Origin: a virus
Taxonomy: Duplodnaviria; Caudoviricetes
Strand: one strand, 5' to 3'
IMG/VR virus record: IMGVR_UViG_3300025875_000785
Coordinates: 1-35,513 of that record
Length of the DNA stretch: 35,513 nucleotides
Shown: in pieces, positions 16,712-25,788 of the stretch
How the letters are laid out: every line of letters begins with the position of its first letter
How positions within the stretch are numbered: position 1 is the first letter of the stretch
Notes under the pieces: model-generated
Told to the model about the DNA's origin: nothing
Database searches by the model: none
Seen by the model: only the letters and a program-made list of their open reading frames with translations
Position numbers and translations under genes: made by a program

Positions 16712-17770
16712 CTAGATCGCGCGCCTGATCTGCTCGCGATGCGACTGTCGCTTGAGCCCGTTGCTGTTGACGTGCTCGCGCAGGGCGGCCTGCTGGGCGC
16801 GGACCTTCACGCCGGCTCTGCGCCGGGCGTCGTCGTCGAGGGCTGCGGCCTGCTCGCGCTTCGCCCGGCGCACCCGCCGCTCGAGCTCGCGCTGCCGCTG
16901 CCGGAGGGCGTCACCCTCGGGGTCCGCGGTCCGAGTCGGGGCCTTGGTGACGCCCGGCTGGTACAGCGACGTGGAGTGCCGGCAGCCGGGGTGGAACAGG
17001 CCCGCGGCGGTCGCCTGCGCGAGGGTGCCTGCGACGCCCTCGGTGACGGCGCCGGTCGCGGAGAGGACCTTGCCCTCCCAGGGCCGGCAGATCCGGCACT
17101 CCTGCGGGGCGTCGGAGACGATCAGCAGGTCCCAGCCCTGCTCGACGAGCCGGTCGACGTGCCCCTGCACCGCTGCCTGGCCCGCTGCGGTGCGCGTCGC
17201 CATCTCGGCGTACGACTCCAAGGACCAGGCGCGCCCGGCGCGGTCGGTGAAGCCACTGATGCCGCGGCGCGCGTACCGGTCCAGCGCCGCCTGCGCAGCC
17301 TGGCGCCGGGTCTGGGTGCCGACCAGGACCTGCGCGGCGGTCTCGGTGGTCACCTGCTGGTAGGCGTCCACGACGACCCGGCTGATCCGCAGATGGGTGC
17401 CGCCGACCGCCTCCCGCGCGGCTCGCACGAGCGCGTCGACTTTCGCGAGGTCGACGATCCCGAACGCCATCTCGGGCCGTGTGCCGACCGCAACGAGGTC
17501 GGTGCCGGCGGTGGCGACGCCGCTGTTGTAGCCGGCGCGCACCGCGGCCTCCACCGCGGCGAGGCCGTCACGCTCGAGCCGCTCCACCTCTGCCTGGACG
17601 AGCGTGCGCAGTTCCTGGACCTCGGCGAGCTTCGCCTCTACCCAGCCGGGCTGGTCGATGCCCCGGGCGAGGCGCTTCGCGATGAGCTCGAGGAGGTACT
17701 CCTCGGCGCCCGCGTAGACGGCCAGGGCGTCCTTCGCGAGGTTCGCGGCGAGGTCGGGGGAGACGGGCAT
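16712..17770 (-). CDS. Phage minor capsid protein (MuF-like / Phage_min_cap2)
   Basis: FTDRAGRAWSLESYAEMATRT, CRICRPWEGKVL, GLFHPGCRHS. Confidence 0.85.
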   Translation of the reverse strand: MPVSPDLAANLAKDALAVYAGAEEYLLELIAKRLARGIDQPGWVEAKLAEVQELRTLVQAEVERLERDGLAAVEAAVRAGYNSGVATAGTDLVAVGTRPEMAFGIVDLAKVDALVRAAREAVGGTHLRISRVVVDAYQQVTTETAAQVLVGTQTRRQAAQAALDRYARRGISGFTDRAGRAWSLESYAEMATRTAAGQAAVQGHVDRLVEQGWDLLIVSDAPQECRICRPWEGKVLSATGAVTEGVAGTLAQATAAGLFHPGCRHSTSLYQPGVTKAPTRTADPEGDALRQRQRELERRVRRAKREQAAALDDDARRRAGVKVRAQQAALREHVNSNGLKRQSHREQIRRAI

Positions 17771-19347
17771 CAGGCGCCAGTGTCGACGGCCTGGCCCGGG
17801 ATCACCACGCCCTCACCCCCGCGGCCGAACGTCTCGGCGTCCTCCACGACCATCCCGCCTTCGGCCTGGATCCGCGCGATCTCCTTGAGCACCTCGTCCT
17901 CGCCCCACTCGGCGTGCTGCATCTGCACGAGCGTCCGGGTCGAGGCGGCCTGCGCGGCGCGCAGGGCCTGCGCGGTCTGCGCGAGGGTTAGCGGGGACTC
18001 CTGGAAGCCATCTGAGAACGCCACGTCGACCGCGCCGGGGGTCATCGCGGTCCTGAAGATCGCGGCGTCCACGGCGAGGAGCTTCGTTAGGGCCTGGCCG
18101 GCGCCCGGCCGCCAGTGCCGGATCTTGCGGGAGCGGGTGGAGTCCGAACGGTCGTTGCGCGCACTGACCTCGGTGGCGGTGATCGCGGCGCCGTCCTGGC
18201 CCTCGCCGAACGTCTGCGCGGAGTAGCCGGCGCTGCGCAGGATCGCCTCGGTGAGCTCGGCGATGGTGCGAGCGTGCTCCTCGACGCGGATCGCGAACTG
18301 CTGCGGGGTGATGCTCGCGCTGACGCCGCTCGGGTCGACCATCGCGGTGACGGGCGTGAAGACTTCGCGGTCCAGGTCGAAGCCCGTGCCGAGGCCGGGG
18401 CCGTGGGAGGTCAGCATCGACTCGGGGACGATGATCCGGGCCTTCGCGAGGCGCAGGTCCCGCATCCATGACGTCCACGCCTCGTCGAGGGCGTCCATGA
18501 AGCCCTCGACGCCATCGAGGTCGGAGCGGCCGAGGTTGGAGCCGAGGGGGTGCGTCCGCCAGCGCCGGTGGGGCCGCTGGTTGGGGATGTGCACGAGCGC
18601 GAGGCCGGGGGAGGCGGTGCTGATCGCGCCATCGGCGTCGACCAGGGCGGCGAGACCCTCCGTGGTGGGGGACTCCGCCAGCGGCACCGGCCGGCCGAGC
18701 TTGTCCTCGGTGCCCTGGTACAGGCCGTGCAGGACCAGGCCGGTGCCGTTCGTGGCGAGCTCGTGGCGCTCGAGGTGGCGCCACACGATCTGCCCGTCGG
18801 TGCGCACCCGGTGCCAGATGGTCGCGGCGACGAGCTGTCCCCACCGGAAGGTCGGGACGACGGCGTCGGCGTGCACCGTGGTCAGGAACGGGGCGTCGCG
18901 CAGGCCCTCGTCCCAGGTGACGCGCAGGTAGACGCTGCCGAGGGCCGCGGCGACCTCCGCGCCCTCGGCGAGGGTCGCGTGGAGCCCGTCGTCGGCGATC
19001 GCGTCGAGGCGCTCCTGCGCGCCCTGGCCGTCCACGGTGAGGGTGGGCGGCTCGGAGAAGAGGAGGTCCGCGGACGCCTGGCAGATGTCAGCGGCCAGCG
19101 GCACGTGCAGCTGCTGCGCGGACTGGCCGGGCGTGACGGGCTTGCCCCAGAAGAGGCGGGCCGCGGCGCCGACGACGCCTCCGGCGTACTGCGCGGGCCG
19201 GGTGGCGGGGCGGGTGACGTCGCGGGCGTAGACCTCGCGGAGCGCGGCGGGGTCCCCGGCGTACCAGGCGGACCACTGCCGCATCGGCTCGGCAATGCCG
19301 TCCAGGCTCGGCGGCGGCCACGCCATGTCACCGGTGGGCAGGGGCAC
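17770..19347 (-). CDS. Portal protein (SPP1/A118-type)
   Basis: LHVPLAADICQASADLLFSEPP, LGRSD, AGYSAQTFG, TATEV. Confidence 0.9.
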   Translation of the reverse strand: MPLPTGDMAWPPPSLDGIAEPMRQWSAWYAGDPAALREVYARDVTRPATRPAQYAGGVVGAAARLFWGKPVTPGQSAQQLHVPLAADICQASADLLFSEPPTLTVDGQGAQERLDAIADDGLHATLAEGAEVAAALGSVYLRVTWDEGLRDAPFLTTVHADAVVPTFRWGQLVAATIWHRVRTDGQIVWRHLERHELATNGTGLVLHGLYQGTEDKLGRPVPLAESPTTEGLAALVDADGAISTASPGLALVHIPNQRPHRRWRTHPLGSNLGRSDLDGVEGFMDALDEAWTSWMRDLRLAKARIIVPESMLTSHGPGLGTGFDLDREVFTPVTAMVDPSGVSASITPQQFAIRVEEHARTIAELTEAILRSAGYSAQTFGEGQDGAAITATEVSARNDRSDSTRSRKIRHWRPGAGQALTKLLAVDAAIFRTAMTPGAVDVAFSDGFQESPLTLAQTAQALRAAQAASTRTLVQMQHAEWGEDEVLKEIARIQAEGGMVVEDAETFGRGGEGVVIPGQAVDTGA

Positions 19348-19370
19348 GTCGACCCCCTGTCCTGGTCGAG

Positions 19371-19387
19371 TGCGTGATGCTCACGCA
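19371..19387. promoter_or_regulatory. TGCGTGA-N3-TCACGCA palindrome, copy 3
   Basis: TGCGTGAtgcTCACGCA just upstream of the portal start, between divergent genes. Confidence 0.55.
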
Positions 19388-19422
19388 GTGAGGTCGTCGG
19401 TGCAGCCTGACAGGCTGCCGCC

Positions 19423-19920
19423 ATGGAGATCGCCGAGCTTGTGCTCGACTACATCCGCGCCCTCGTCTGGCCCAGCGTGCTCACCTGGGGCCTGTGGCGG
19501 TTCCATGGTCCGATCGCGGACTTCCTCAGGCGCCTGAGGACGTTGAAGGGCGCCGGCATCGAGGCCACCGCTGATGCCGTGGACACCGCCGTGCAGGAGA
19601 TTGAGGACTCCGCAGAGACCGCCACCGATCCCGGCGAGTCGGAGGAGCAGCGGCGTGCAGCCATCGAAAGCCTGGTGAAGCGAGCCGCGGAGCTCGGCCG
19701 CCTTCAGGGCGAGGTCGGTGTCGGCACCCCGGACGTGAAGTTGTTGTGGGACGAGGCCGGGCCTCGCGTCGTCGTCGGCGCACAACTGCTCGCGCACCTG
19801 CAGGGCGGGTCGGCCCGCGGCTCATGGCGCACAGACGGGCGAGCCAGGTCTAACGCGGTCGCCGAGGCCAGGAGCCGCCTAGTGCACCCATCCGTCCGGG
19901 ACACCACGCCCGAGAAGTAG
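19423..19920 (+). CDS. Membrane-anchored hypothetical protein (antisense moron)
   Basis: Fills the terminase-portal gap on the opposite strand; hydrophobic N-terminus (ALVWPSVLTWGLWRF); CAGGCT 6 nt before the ATG. Confidence 0.7.
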   Translation: MEIAELVLDYIRALVWPSVLTWGLWRFHGPIADFLRRLRTLKGAGIEATADAVDTAVQEIEDSAETATDPGESEEQRRAAIESLVKRAAELGRLQGEVGVGTPDVKLLWDEAGPRVVVGAQLLAHLQGGSARGSWRTDGRARSNAVAEARSRLVHPSVRDTTPEK

Positions 19921-19932
19921 GCGCCGCGACGC

Positions 19933-21243
19933 CTAGGCCGCGACCCTCTCGGCGCCGGGTGCTGTGTCGGCGGCGGCCTGCACGGGCACCAGGGGCCGCC
20001 ACAGGGCCCGCGTGGTGTGGATCGCGTAGCGCAGGGCGTCGACCTCGTGGTCGTCGACCTTGATCGGCGCATCCTCGCCCTTGGCCGTGGCCTTGGGGTT
20101 CCAGGAGTAGCCGGGCAGGTACTTCACCAGGTGCTCGCACGAGTCGGCGACCTGCAGCTGGTCCGTGGACAGCAGCGACGCGACGGTGCGGATGCCGGCG
20201 AGGACGTCGTTGGTGGCGTTCATGACGTTGGTGAGGCCGTCGTGGAACAGCTGCAGCTTGAACGACGCGGCGGCCGGGTCGACCGCGACCCACTCGGGGT
20301 AGCGGCGCTCCATCGGGCGCTGCGACAGCCAGGTGCGCAGGCCGGCGGAGAGCTGCGCGTCGGTGCCCTGGCTGGGTGCCCACTCGTCAGTGACGTACAG
20401 CCGCGGCGCCTGCCCGGGGTGCTGGCCGACGCCGAGCAGCATCCCGCGGGTGGCGTTCGTCGTCCCGTAGTCCACCCCGAGCGAGAGGACCCGCTGCAGG
20501 GGCGGCACCGACGCGGCGGGGATGACGTGGCGGGCGACGTCCCACATGTCGTAGATGGCGCCCTCGGCCATCACCCACTCGCCGAGGATGAACCGGCGGT
20601 ACCAGAGCCCGCGGTACTCGGCGGTGATCTGCGCGACGTAGGCGGGGTCGAGGTGGGTGTTGTCGGCGAGGCGGAAGTGGAAGATCCGGTAGCCGAGCTC
20701 GCTGGCCCTGTCGATGACCTGGCGCTTCAGCCAGTGCGCGGGCCCGTCGGGGTTCGTCGTCGCGAAGAGCATCGCTCCGGGCACGGAGAGGCGGGCGAGG
20801 AGCTGCGTCCAGAACGCCTCAGCGACCAGGGTTGCCTCGTCGACGTAGGCGCCGGCGCAGGTGAGGCCTCGCAGAACCGCCTCAGCGCGCGCGTCAGAGG
20901 CGCCGAGGACGTGCACGGTGCGCCCGAACATCACCGCGGTCGGGGCGCCGGGGGTGTAGCGGACGTGGCGGGCCATGGGCCCGAACAGCGCCGGGTCGGC
21001 GAGGGGGCCGAAGACGTTGCGGGCGATGGACTCCCGGGTGCGGCCGATGACGACGAGCTCGCCGCCGCGGGGCGCCATGGCCACGTACATCGCCCACCGC
21101 AGCAGCGAGGCGATGGTCTTGCCGGAGCGGACGCTGCCGGTCCACAGGTTCACGCGCGCCGTCGAGGTCGCGACGGACTCGAGCTGCTTGAGGGAGAGGG
21201 CGGCTGGCGCCGGGGTGGCGGGCGCGGTGAGCGTCGCCGTCAC
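19933..21243 (-). CDS. Terminase large subunit (PBSX-type)
   Basis: Walker A GSVRSGKT, Walker B AYVDE, TTNPD, nuclease LGVDYG and DDHEVDALRY. Confidence 0.95.
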   Translation of the reverse strand: MTATLTAPATPAPAALSLKQLESVATSTARVNLWTGSVRSGKTIASLLRWAMYVAMAPRGGELVVIGRTRESIARNVFGPLADPALFGPMARHVRYTPGAPTAVMFGRTVHVLGASDARAEAVLRGLTCAGAYVDEATLVAEAFWTQLLARLSVPGAMLFATTNPDGPAHWLKRQVIDRASELGYRIFHFRLADNTHLDPAYVAQITAEYRGLWYRRFILGEWVMAEGAIYDMWDVARHVIPAASVPPLQRVLSLGVDYGTTNATRGMLLGVGQHPGQAPRLYVTDEWAPSQGTDAQLSAGLRTWLSQRPMERRYPEWVAVDPAAASFKLQLFHDGLTNVMNATNDVLAGIRTVASLLSTDQLQVADSCEHLVKYLPGYSWNPKATAKGEDAPIKVDDHEVDALRYAIHTTRALWRPLVPVQAAADTAPGAERVAA

Positions 21244-21785
21244 TGGCCGGCCTCCTCACCCTCCGGTCCCTGGGCCTGTTCGGCGTCGCGGCGGGCCTTC
21301 GCGGTCTCCCATGCGCCCTGCACGTCCTGGAACAGCCCGGAGAGCATCGATCGGGTCGCGTCCTCACCGGAGTCGCCGCTGGCGCGTTGGAGGCGCTCGT
21401 CGGCGATCAGGTAGCCGCCGACGACGTACTGGAGGTCCTTCTCGTCCCGGGCTGGCACGAAGTGCAGCTCGCGGACCTCTTCGGCGCCGCCGGCGGTCTT
21501 GACCAGCGCCGTGTACGTGTCGCCCTCGAGGCGGTCGAGGACCTTCTCGGCTCGGGCGATGAGCCGGGCCTGGATCGCTGCCCGGCGGGCCTTGAGGTCG
21601 ACGACCTTTGCGGCAGTGGCGGCCGCGGTCTCGGACCGATCGAAGGACAGGCCGAGCGCTCGGGCGATGTTCGTGACGGTGCCGGCGGAGACGTCGAGCG
21701 CACGGGCGATCTCGTTGCGGCCCTTGCCTGCGGCGTGGAGGGCGGCGACCCGGTCACGGTCATCCTGGGTGACGTGGTGCGCCAC
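21240..21785 (-). CDS. Terminase small subunit / HTH protein
   Basis: N-terminal HTH (GKGRNEIARALDVSAGTVT); GTGA overlap with the large subunit. Confidence 0.78.
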   Translation of the reverse strand: MAHHVTQDDRDRVAALHAAGKGRNEIARALDVSAGTVTNIARALGLSFDRSETAAATAAKVVDLKARRAAIQARLIARAEKVLDRLEGDTYTALVKTAGGAEEVRELHFVPARDEKDLQYVVGGYLIADERLQRASGDSGEDATRSMLSGLFQDVQGAWETAKARRDAEQAQGPEGEEAGQ

Positions 21786-21913
21786 GGGGAGTCACCCCCT
21801 GGCTGACCAGCGGGAACGTCGTCGCTGACCGGACTGACCAGTGGGCATGGTGAACGTCCCGGGCGGAACAGTAGGCCATACGGGTGATCGTTGTCACGCA
21901 GTGCGACCAACTC

Positions 21914-22660
21914 TCACGCGGCCTGCGTGGCGGCGCGCTCGATGTACCACTCCGCGACGGCGACCCGGTCGTAGGTGCCGTCGTCGGCGGGGGAGGGGAA
22001 GAAGGCGTGCCGGTGCGCCCACTTGCGGATCATGGCGGCGTTGATCGGGCGCCGGAACCGCTCGCTCATCCATGCGGCCAGCGCCTCCGGGCGCATTCGG
22101 GCCGGCGCCTCATCGCCAAGGAGGCGGCCGAGGTCGCGCCACCTGGACTCGTCCCAGGCGTGGGTGGCGTCGGCGTCGCAGGTCAGGTCGCGGCCAGCGT
22201 CAGTGCCGTCGCCGTCGGCGCCCAGGCGCGCGCGCACCGTCCCCTCGCAGCCGTCCTGCGGGCACGGCCCGACGGGCGTGCGACGGATCTTGGAGGGCTC
22301 CACGGTCCGCTCCAGGGCGCGAGAGAGCTCGTCGATGGTGGCCACCGCCTCCGGGCCGTCGTTCTGAGCCTCGATCCACGGCGTGTGCTCGATCAGCCAG
22401 CGGGCCACGGCCGGCACGTCGTGGGCGTCGATGGGGGCTCGGGCGCAGGCGTGCTGGTCCTTGACGGCGTAGCCCCAGTAGGCGAGCTGGTGGGCGATGG
22501 CCTTGGCGAGGCTGATGCGCCCCGTCCCGCCCGGTAGGGCCACGTCCTTGGAGCCGGAGACGACTCCCCCGCCGCCGCTGGAGGTGAGGGGCTCGAGGAG
22601 GCGGTGCCAGTGGGTGGCGATGGAGGTGAGGGAGACGTGCAGGGGCGCGGGCGTGGTCAC
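21914..22660 (-). CDS. Putative late-gene regulator (zinc ribbon plus C-terminal HTH)
   Basis: GPCPQDGCEG...LTCD...H.W and AAMIRKWAHR; last early gene before the terminase. Confidence 0.6.
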   Translation of the reverse strand: MTTPAPLHVSLTSIATHWHRLLEPLTSSGGGGVVSGSKDVALPGGTGRISLAKAIAHQLAYWGYAVKDQHACARAPIDAHDVPAVARWLIEHTPWIEAQNDGPEAVATIDELSRALERTVEPSKIRRTPVGPCPQDGCEGTVRARLGADGDGTDAGRDLTCDADATHAWDESRWRDLGRLLGDEAPARMRPEALAAWMSERFRRPINAAMIRKWAHRHAFFPSPADDGTYDRVAVAEWYIERAATQAA

Positions 22661-22866
22661 TGGTGGTCCTCCTGGGTGACAACGTGCAGGTGGCGGGGCT
22701 CGGTGGCGGCGGGGTGGGCGGCGACGGCTTCGGCGCGCTCGGCGACCTCGAGGACTTCCTCGAGGTCCCCGAGGCGGGCGACGACGGGGGTCTCGGGGGC
22801 GGCGTCGGGGTGCAGGGCGCGGGTCTTCGCGGCCTGGCGGCGCAGGCGGTCCGTGGCGGCGGTCAT
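22657..22866 (-). CDS. Hypothetical protein
   Basis: 4-bp start/stop overlaps on both sides. Confidence 0.55.
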   Translation of the reverse strand: MTAATDRLRRQAAKTRALHPDAAPETPVVARLGDLEEVLEVAERAEAVAAHPAATEPRHLHVVTQEDHQ

Positions 22867-23081
22867 GAGGGCGCTTCCTCGCTCCACCAGACGACTACCT
22901 GGTCGTCGCGGGCCTCGACCATCACGGCGTCGTCCCACTCGCCTGCGGCCTCACCCTTGGCCTCGACGAGGTCGCGGTGGGCCCAGGTCATGGCCTTGCC
23001 GACCTCGGCGAAGGGCGTCGGGCTGCTCAGGACGTACTCGTGGCGGCGCGTGGTGATGGTCCGCTTGAGCGCGTCGCCCAT
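22863..23081 (-). CDS. Hypothetical protein
   Basis: Coupled ORF MGDALKRTITTRRHEY...WDDAVMVEARDDQVVVWW. Confidence 0.6.
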   Translation of the reverse strand: MGDALKRTITTRRHEYVLSSPTPFAEVGKAMTWAHRDLVEAKGEAAGEWDDAVMVEARDDQVVVWWSEEAPS

Positions 23082-23350
23082 CAGGCCGCCCCCCTGACCA
23101 TGTCGGCCAACGACAGGGCGAGGAGGCGCTGCCCGTCGGTCATGCCGTCCTGGGCGGCGACCCACGCCTCGATGGTGGCGGCGTCGTCCTCGCGGGTGGC
23201 GGCCACGACGGCGTCGTAGGTGAGCGGGACGACGCGCCGCTCGGCCGCCGGCCACGGCGGGAGGTCCCCGGACCGCTCGGGCTCGGTGGGGCGCTCGTAG
23301 CGGCTCCAGGCGACCGGAGTGGAGGACTGGTCCTGCGGCTGGGCGCTCAT
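23081..23350 (-). CDS. Hypothetical protein
   Basis: Coupled ORF with AGGAG RBS. Confidence 0.55.
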   Translation of the reverse strand: MSAQPQDQSSTPVAWSRYERPTEPERSGDLPPWPAAERRVVPLTYDAVVAATREDDAATIEAWVAAQDGMTDGQRLLALSLADMVRGAA

Positions 23351-23751
23351 CGGGGCTTCTCCTGCTGTCGTCGGTCTCGCCGGGTGAGGGGGTGGACGGT
23401 GGCGATGGGGCCGGTGTCGGTGCCGGTCGCCGCCGGCGGCTCGGCCGGCTGGACCCGGATGGCCGGCATCTGCGCGGTCGGTGGCCCGTCGAGGCGCACA
23501 GCCATCGCCCGGGCGATGCGGGCGGCCTCGTGCTCACCGACCTCGTCGAGGGCGGCGAGGAGCACGTCCACGGCGAGGCTCCCCGCGTCGGTGGCCAGGG
23601 CGCGCCGCTCGTGGTCGGCGCGCTGGATCTCCAGGGCGGCGCGCACGTCGACGACGAACGCCTCCCACTCGCGGCGCTTCGCGCGGTCGGCGTACGGCCC
23701 ACCGGGGTAGCGGTGCGGGGCGGCCCGCTTGGCGATCTCCTCGGGGGTCAC
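23347..23751 (-). CDS. Hypothetical protein
   Basis: Coupled ORF starting VTPEEIAKRA. Confidence 0.55.
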   Translation of the reverse strand: MTPEEIAKRAAPHRYPGGPYADRAKRREWEAFVVDVRAALEIQRADHERRALATDAGSLAVDVLLAALDEVGEHEAARIARAMAVRLDGPPTAQMPAIRVQPAEPPAATGTDTGPIATVHPLTRRDRRQQEKPR

Positions 23752-23891
23752 CTGCGGCCTCCCCGGGTGCCCCTGGCGCCGCGGACCACGCCGACGGCGA
23801 CCATCCCGGCGACCGTGTAGGCGACGAGCGCGAGCATCTCCAGGCCGTCGAGGTCGAAGGCCCGCATGAACGCCTCCAGGGGGCCGCTCAC
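23748..23891 (-). CDS. Small single-pass membrane protein (47 aa)
   Basis: Coupled ORF; hydrophobic MLALVAYTVAGMVAVGVV then a basic tail. Confidence 0.5.
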   Translation of the reverse strand: MSGPLEAFMRAFDLDGLEMLALVAYTVAGMVAVGVVRGARGTRGGRR

Positions 23892-24145
23892 TGGGCATCT
23901 CCGACGCCCGTGCGTAGCCAGGCGATCGTGCGCGCCACGCATGGGTCGGTGGCCAAGGGCTGCAGGCGGGCAACGAGGTCATCCAGCACCGCCTGCACGC
24001 CCGCTCGGGTGGCCTGCCGGTTCTCCTCGGGCACCTCGGCCCACGGCTTCCGGCTCTCCAACTGTGTCACCCAGCCGGACCCTGCGGCGGCGAGCTCGTA
24101 GGCGTCGTGGCAGACCTCGGCCAGTCGCTCGATCTTGACGCTCAT
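23888..24145 (-). CDS. Hypothetical protein
   Basis: Coupled ORF; HDAYELAA..GW.TQ..SRKPWAEVPEENR. Confidence 0.6.
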   Translation of the reverse strand: MSVKIERLAEVCHDAYELAAAGSGWVTQLESRKPWAEVPEENRQATRAGVQAVLDDLVARLQPLATDPCVARTIAWLRTGVGDAQ

Positions 24146-24552
24146 CCGCCCACCTCCGTCAGAACGGCGGCGGCCCGCTTGGGGACGTCGCGGACGATCT
24201 GGGCGCTGATCGCGCCGATGGCGGCCACGGCGTCGTCGCGGTGGCCGGCGCAGTTCACGCACAGCGCGAGGGGCCCGCAGAGGCGGCAGCCGAGTTCGGC
24301 GCGGGCCCGGTCGGCGAGGGCCTCGTCGAGGACGTCGAGTGCGAGGAGCAGCTGCACGTCGAGGGCGCAGCGGTAGTCCTCGACGGCGTCCGCGGTGATC
24401 GGGCCGGTGGGTGGGCGCCAAGGCCACGTCTGGTGCCACAGGGCGTCGCGCAGCGTCGCGACCTCCAGGTCCCCGTCGATGTACGCGGCGACGAGGGTGG
24501 CGCCGGCGTCCTCGCGGGAGACGGTGCGCTGCTCCGCGCGCTGCGCGGTCAC
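24142..24552 (-). CDS. Hypothetical protein with two CxxC pairs
   Basis: Coupled ORF; CRLC...CVNC. Confidence 0.55.
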   Translation of the reverse strand: MTAQRAEQRTVSREDAGATLVAAYIDGDLEVATLRDALWHQTWPWRPPTGPITADAVEDYRCALDVQLLLALDVLDEALADRARAELGCRLCGPLALCVNCAGHRDDAVAAIGAISAQIVRDVPKRAAAVLTEVGG

Positions 24553-24806
24553 GAGGTGGCCTCGGGCTGGTAGCCATCGCGAACCCAACGGCGGACGCTC
24601 AGTTCGCAGCCACCCATGAGCGCCAAGCCGTTCGCGCCGCCGGAGTGGGTCGCGCGTCCTCCGCAGCCACAGTCGCACCGGCACCGGCCACCACGGCCCG
24701 TGATCCGCCACATGTGCCGCTGGTGCTCGGTGGCCGACCCCCAGGCCCCCCAAGCCTCCTGCCCGGCGGCGATGGCGCGCACACGCGCCCTCTCGTACTC
24801 GCTCAC
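24549..24806 (-). CDS. Cys-rich hypothetical protein
   Basis: Coupled ORF; CRCDCGCGGRATH. Confidence 0.55.
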   Translation of the reverse strand: MSEYERARVRAIAAGQEAWGAWGSATEHQRHMWRITGRGGRCRCDCGCGGRATHSGGANGLALMGGCELSVRRWVRDGYQPEATS

Positions 24807-25267
24807 CGCCCCACCCCCAGCCGCTCGGTGAGGCGCTGCAGGCACGCCTCGTCCTCGATGGGCGCGCCGCTGCCGCGGGGGTAGCCGAGGGTGTCGGCGC
24901 AGCCGTTGCAGCGGGGGACCTGGCGGACGGAGACGGGGTCGGGCCAGGCGACGGCGTGCGCCTGGCGTCCGCAGGCCAGCAGCACCGGGCCGAGGCCGGC
25001 GGTGTCGAGCCACCGGTTGCGCACCAGCTCGGCTGCGTCGCCCGGGTCGAGCGTCGCGAAGTGCAGGACGCGGCTGGTCGGCTCGAGGAGCCAGTCGGCC
25101 TCGATGACCTGCGCGGGGTCGGCCTCGACGGTGGCCGGGGCGGGCAGGGTGATGCCGACCCGGGGCGCTGGTGCCGTCGTAGAGCGCTCCAGGGCCCCCA
25201 GGAGCGCCCCAAGACCTGACCGGGTGCTCGTGGACAGGCCGAGGCCCGCACGCTCGCCCAGGGGCAC
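24803..25267 (-). CDS. Hypothetical protein (start uncertain)
   Basis: Protein-like ORF with LACG...PRCNGC; stop overlaps the next start. Confidence 0.5.
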   Translation of the reverse strand: MPLGERAGLGLSTSTRSGLGALLGALERSTTAPAPRVGITLPAPATVEADPAQVIEADWLLEPTSRVLHFATLDPGDAAELVRNRWLDTAGLGPVLLACGRQAHAVAWPDPVSVRQVPRCNGCADTLGYPRGSGAPIEDEACLQRLTERLGVGR

Positions 25268-25297
25268 GTCCCGCAGGCGCGCCCTGCTCGTCGGCGG

Positions 25298-25555
25298 TCA
25301 CAGGAGCGCCTCCAGCAGCTCTCGCGCCCGCTCCAGGCCGGCGATCGTGACCATGCCCTCGCCGACGTCGGGAAACCCGGGGTGGCGTAGTTCCTGGCTC
25401 ACGAAGGCGCCCTCGGCGTACAGCTGGAAGGTCGACGGTCCAACCTCGACACCCGGCACGTCGGGCAGACCCAAGCGGCGCAGGAGGTTCGTCTCGTCGC
25501 CGCCTCCCATCGACAGCCAGGTGTCGTTGGGGACGAGGACCCGGATGGAGTTCAT
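25298..25555 (-). CDS. Hypothetical protein
   Basis: AGGAG RBS; ATGA overlap. Confidence 0.55.
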   Translation of the reverse strand: MNSIRVLVPNDTWLSMGGGDETNLLRRLGLPDVPGVEVGPSTFQLYAEGAFVSQELRHPGFPDVGEGMVTIAGLERARELLEALL

Positions 25556-25788
25556 GCGCTTCTCCTGGTGTCGGTGATGGCGCGAACCCAGCGGCCCGCG
25601 TCGAAGGGGGTGCAGCAGCCGGCGTCCACGGCCCTGGCGGCGAGGCGGGGTGCGGCGTCGGCGGGTGCGGTGACGACGACGCGACTCCCGGCGACCGCGG
25701 TCACGGGCACCCCGTCCTCCGCGAACACCTGCGCGAGGGACCGGGCGCACGCCGGGTCCGTGCACGGCACCCGCAGCTGCGCGGTCAC
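25552..25788 (-). CDS. Hypothetical protein
   Basis: Coupled ORF. Confidence 0.5.
   Translation of the reverse strand: MTAQLRVPCTDPACARSLAQVFAEDGVPVTAVAGSRVVVTAPADAAPRLAARAVDAGCCTPFDAGRWVRAITDTRRSA

Noticed and set aside
16739-21414. Long plus-strand ORFs 16739..18226 and 20017..21414
   Set aside because: Antisense to the minor capsid, portal and terminase genes; expected in high-GC DNA and without recognisable motifs.
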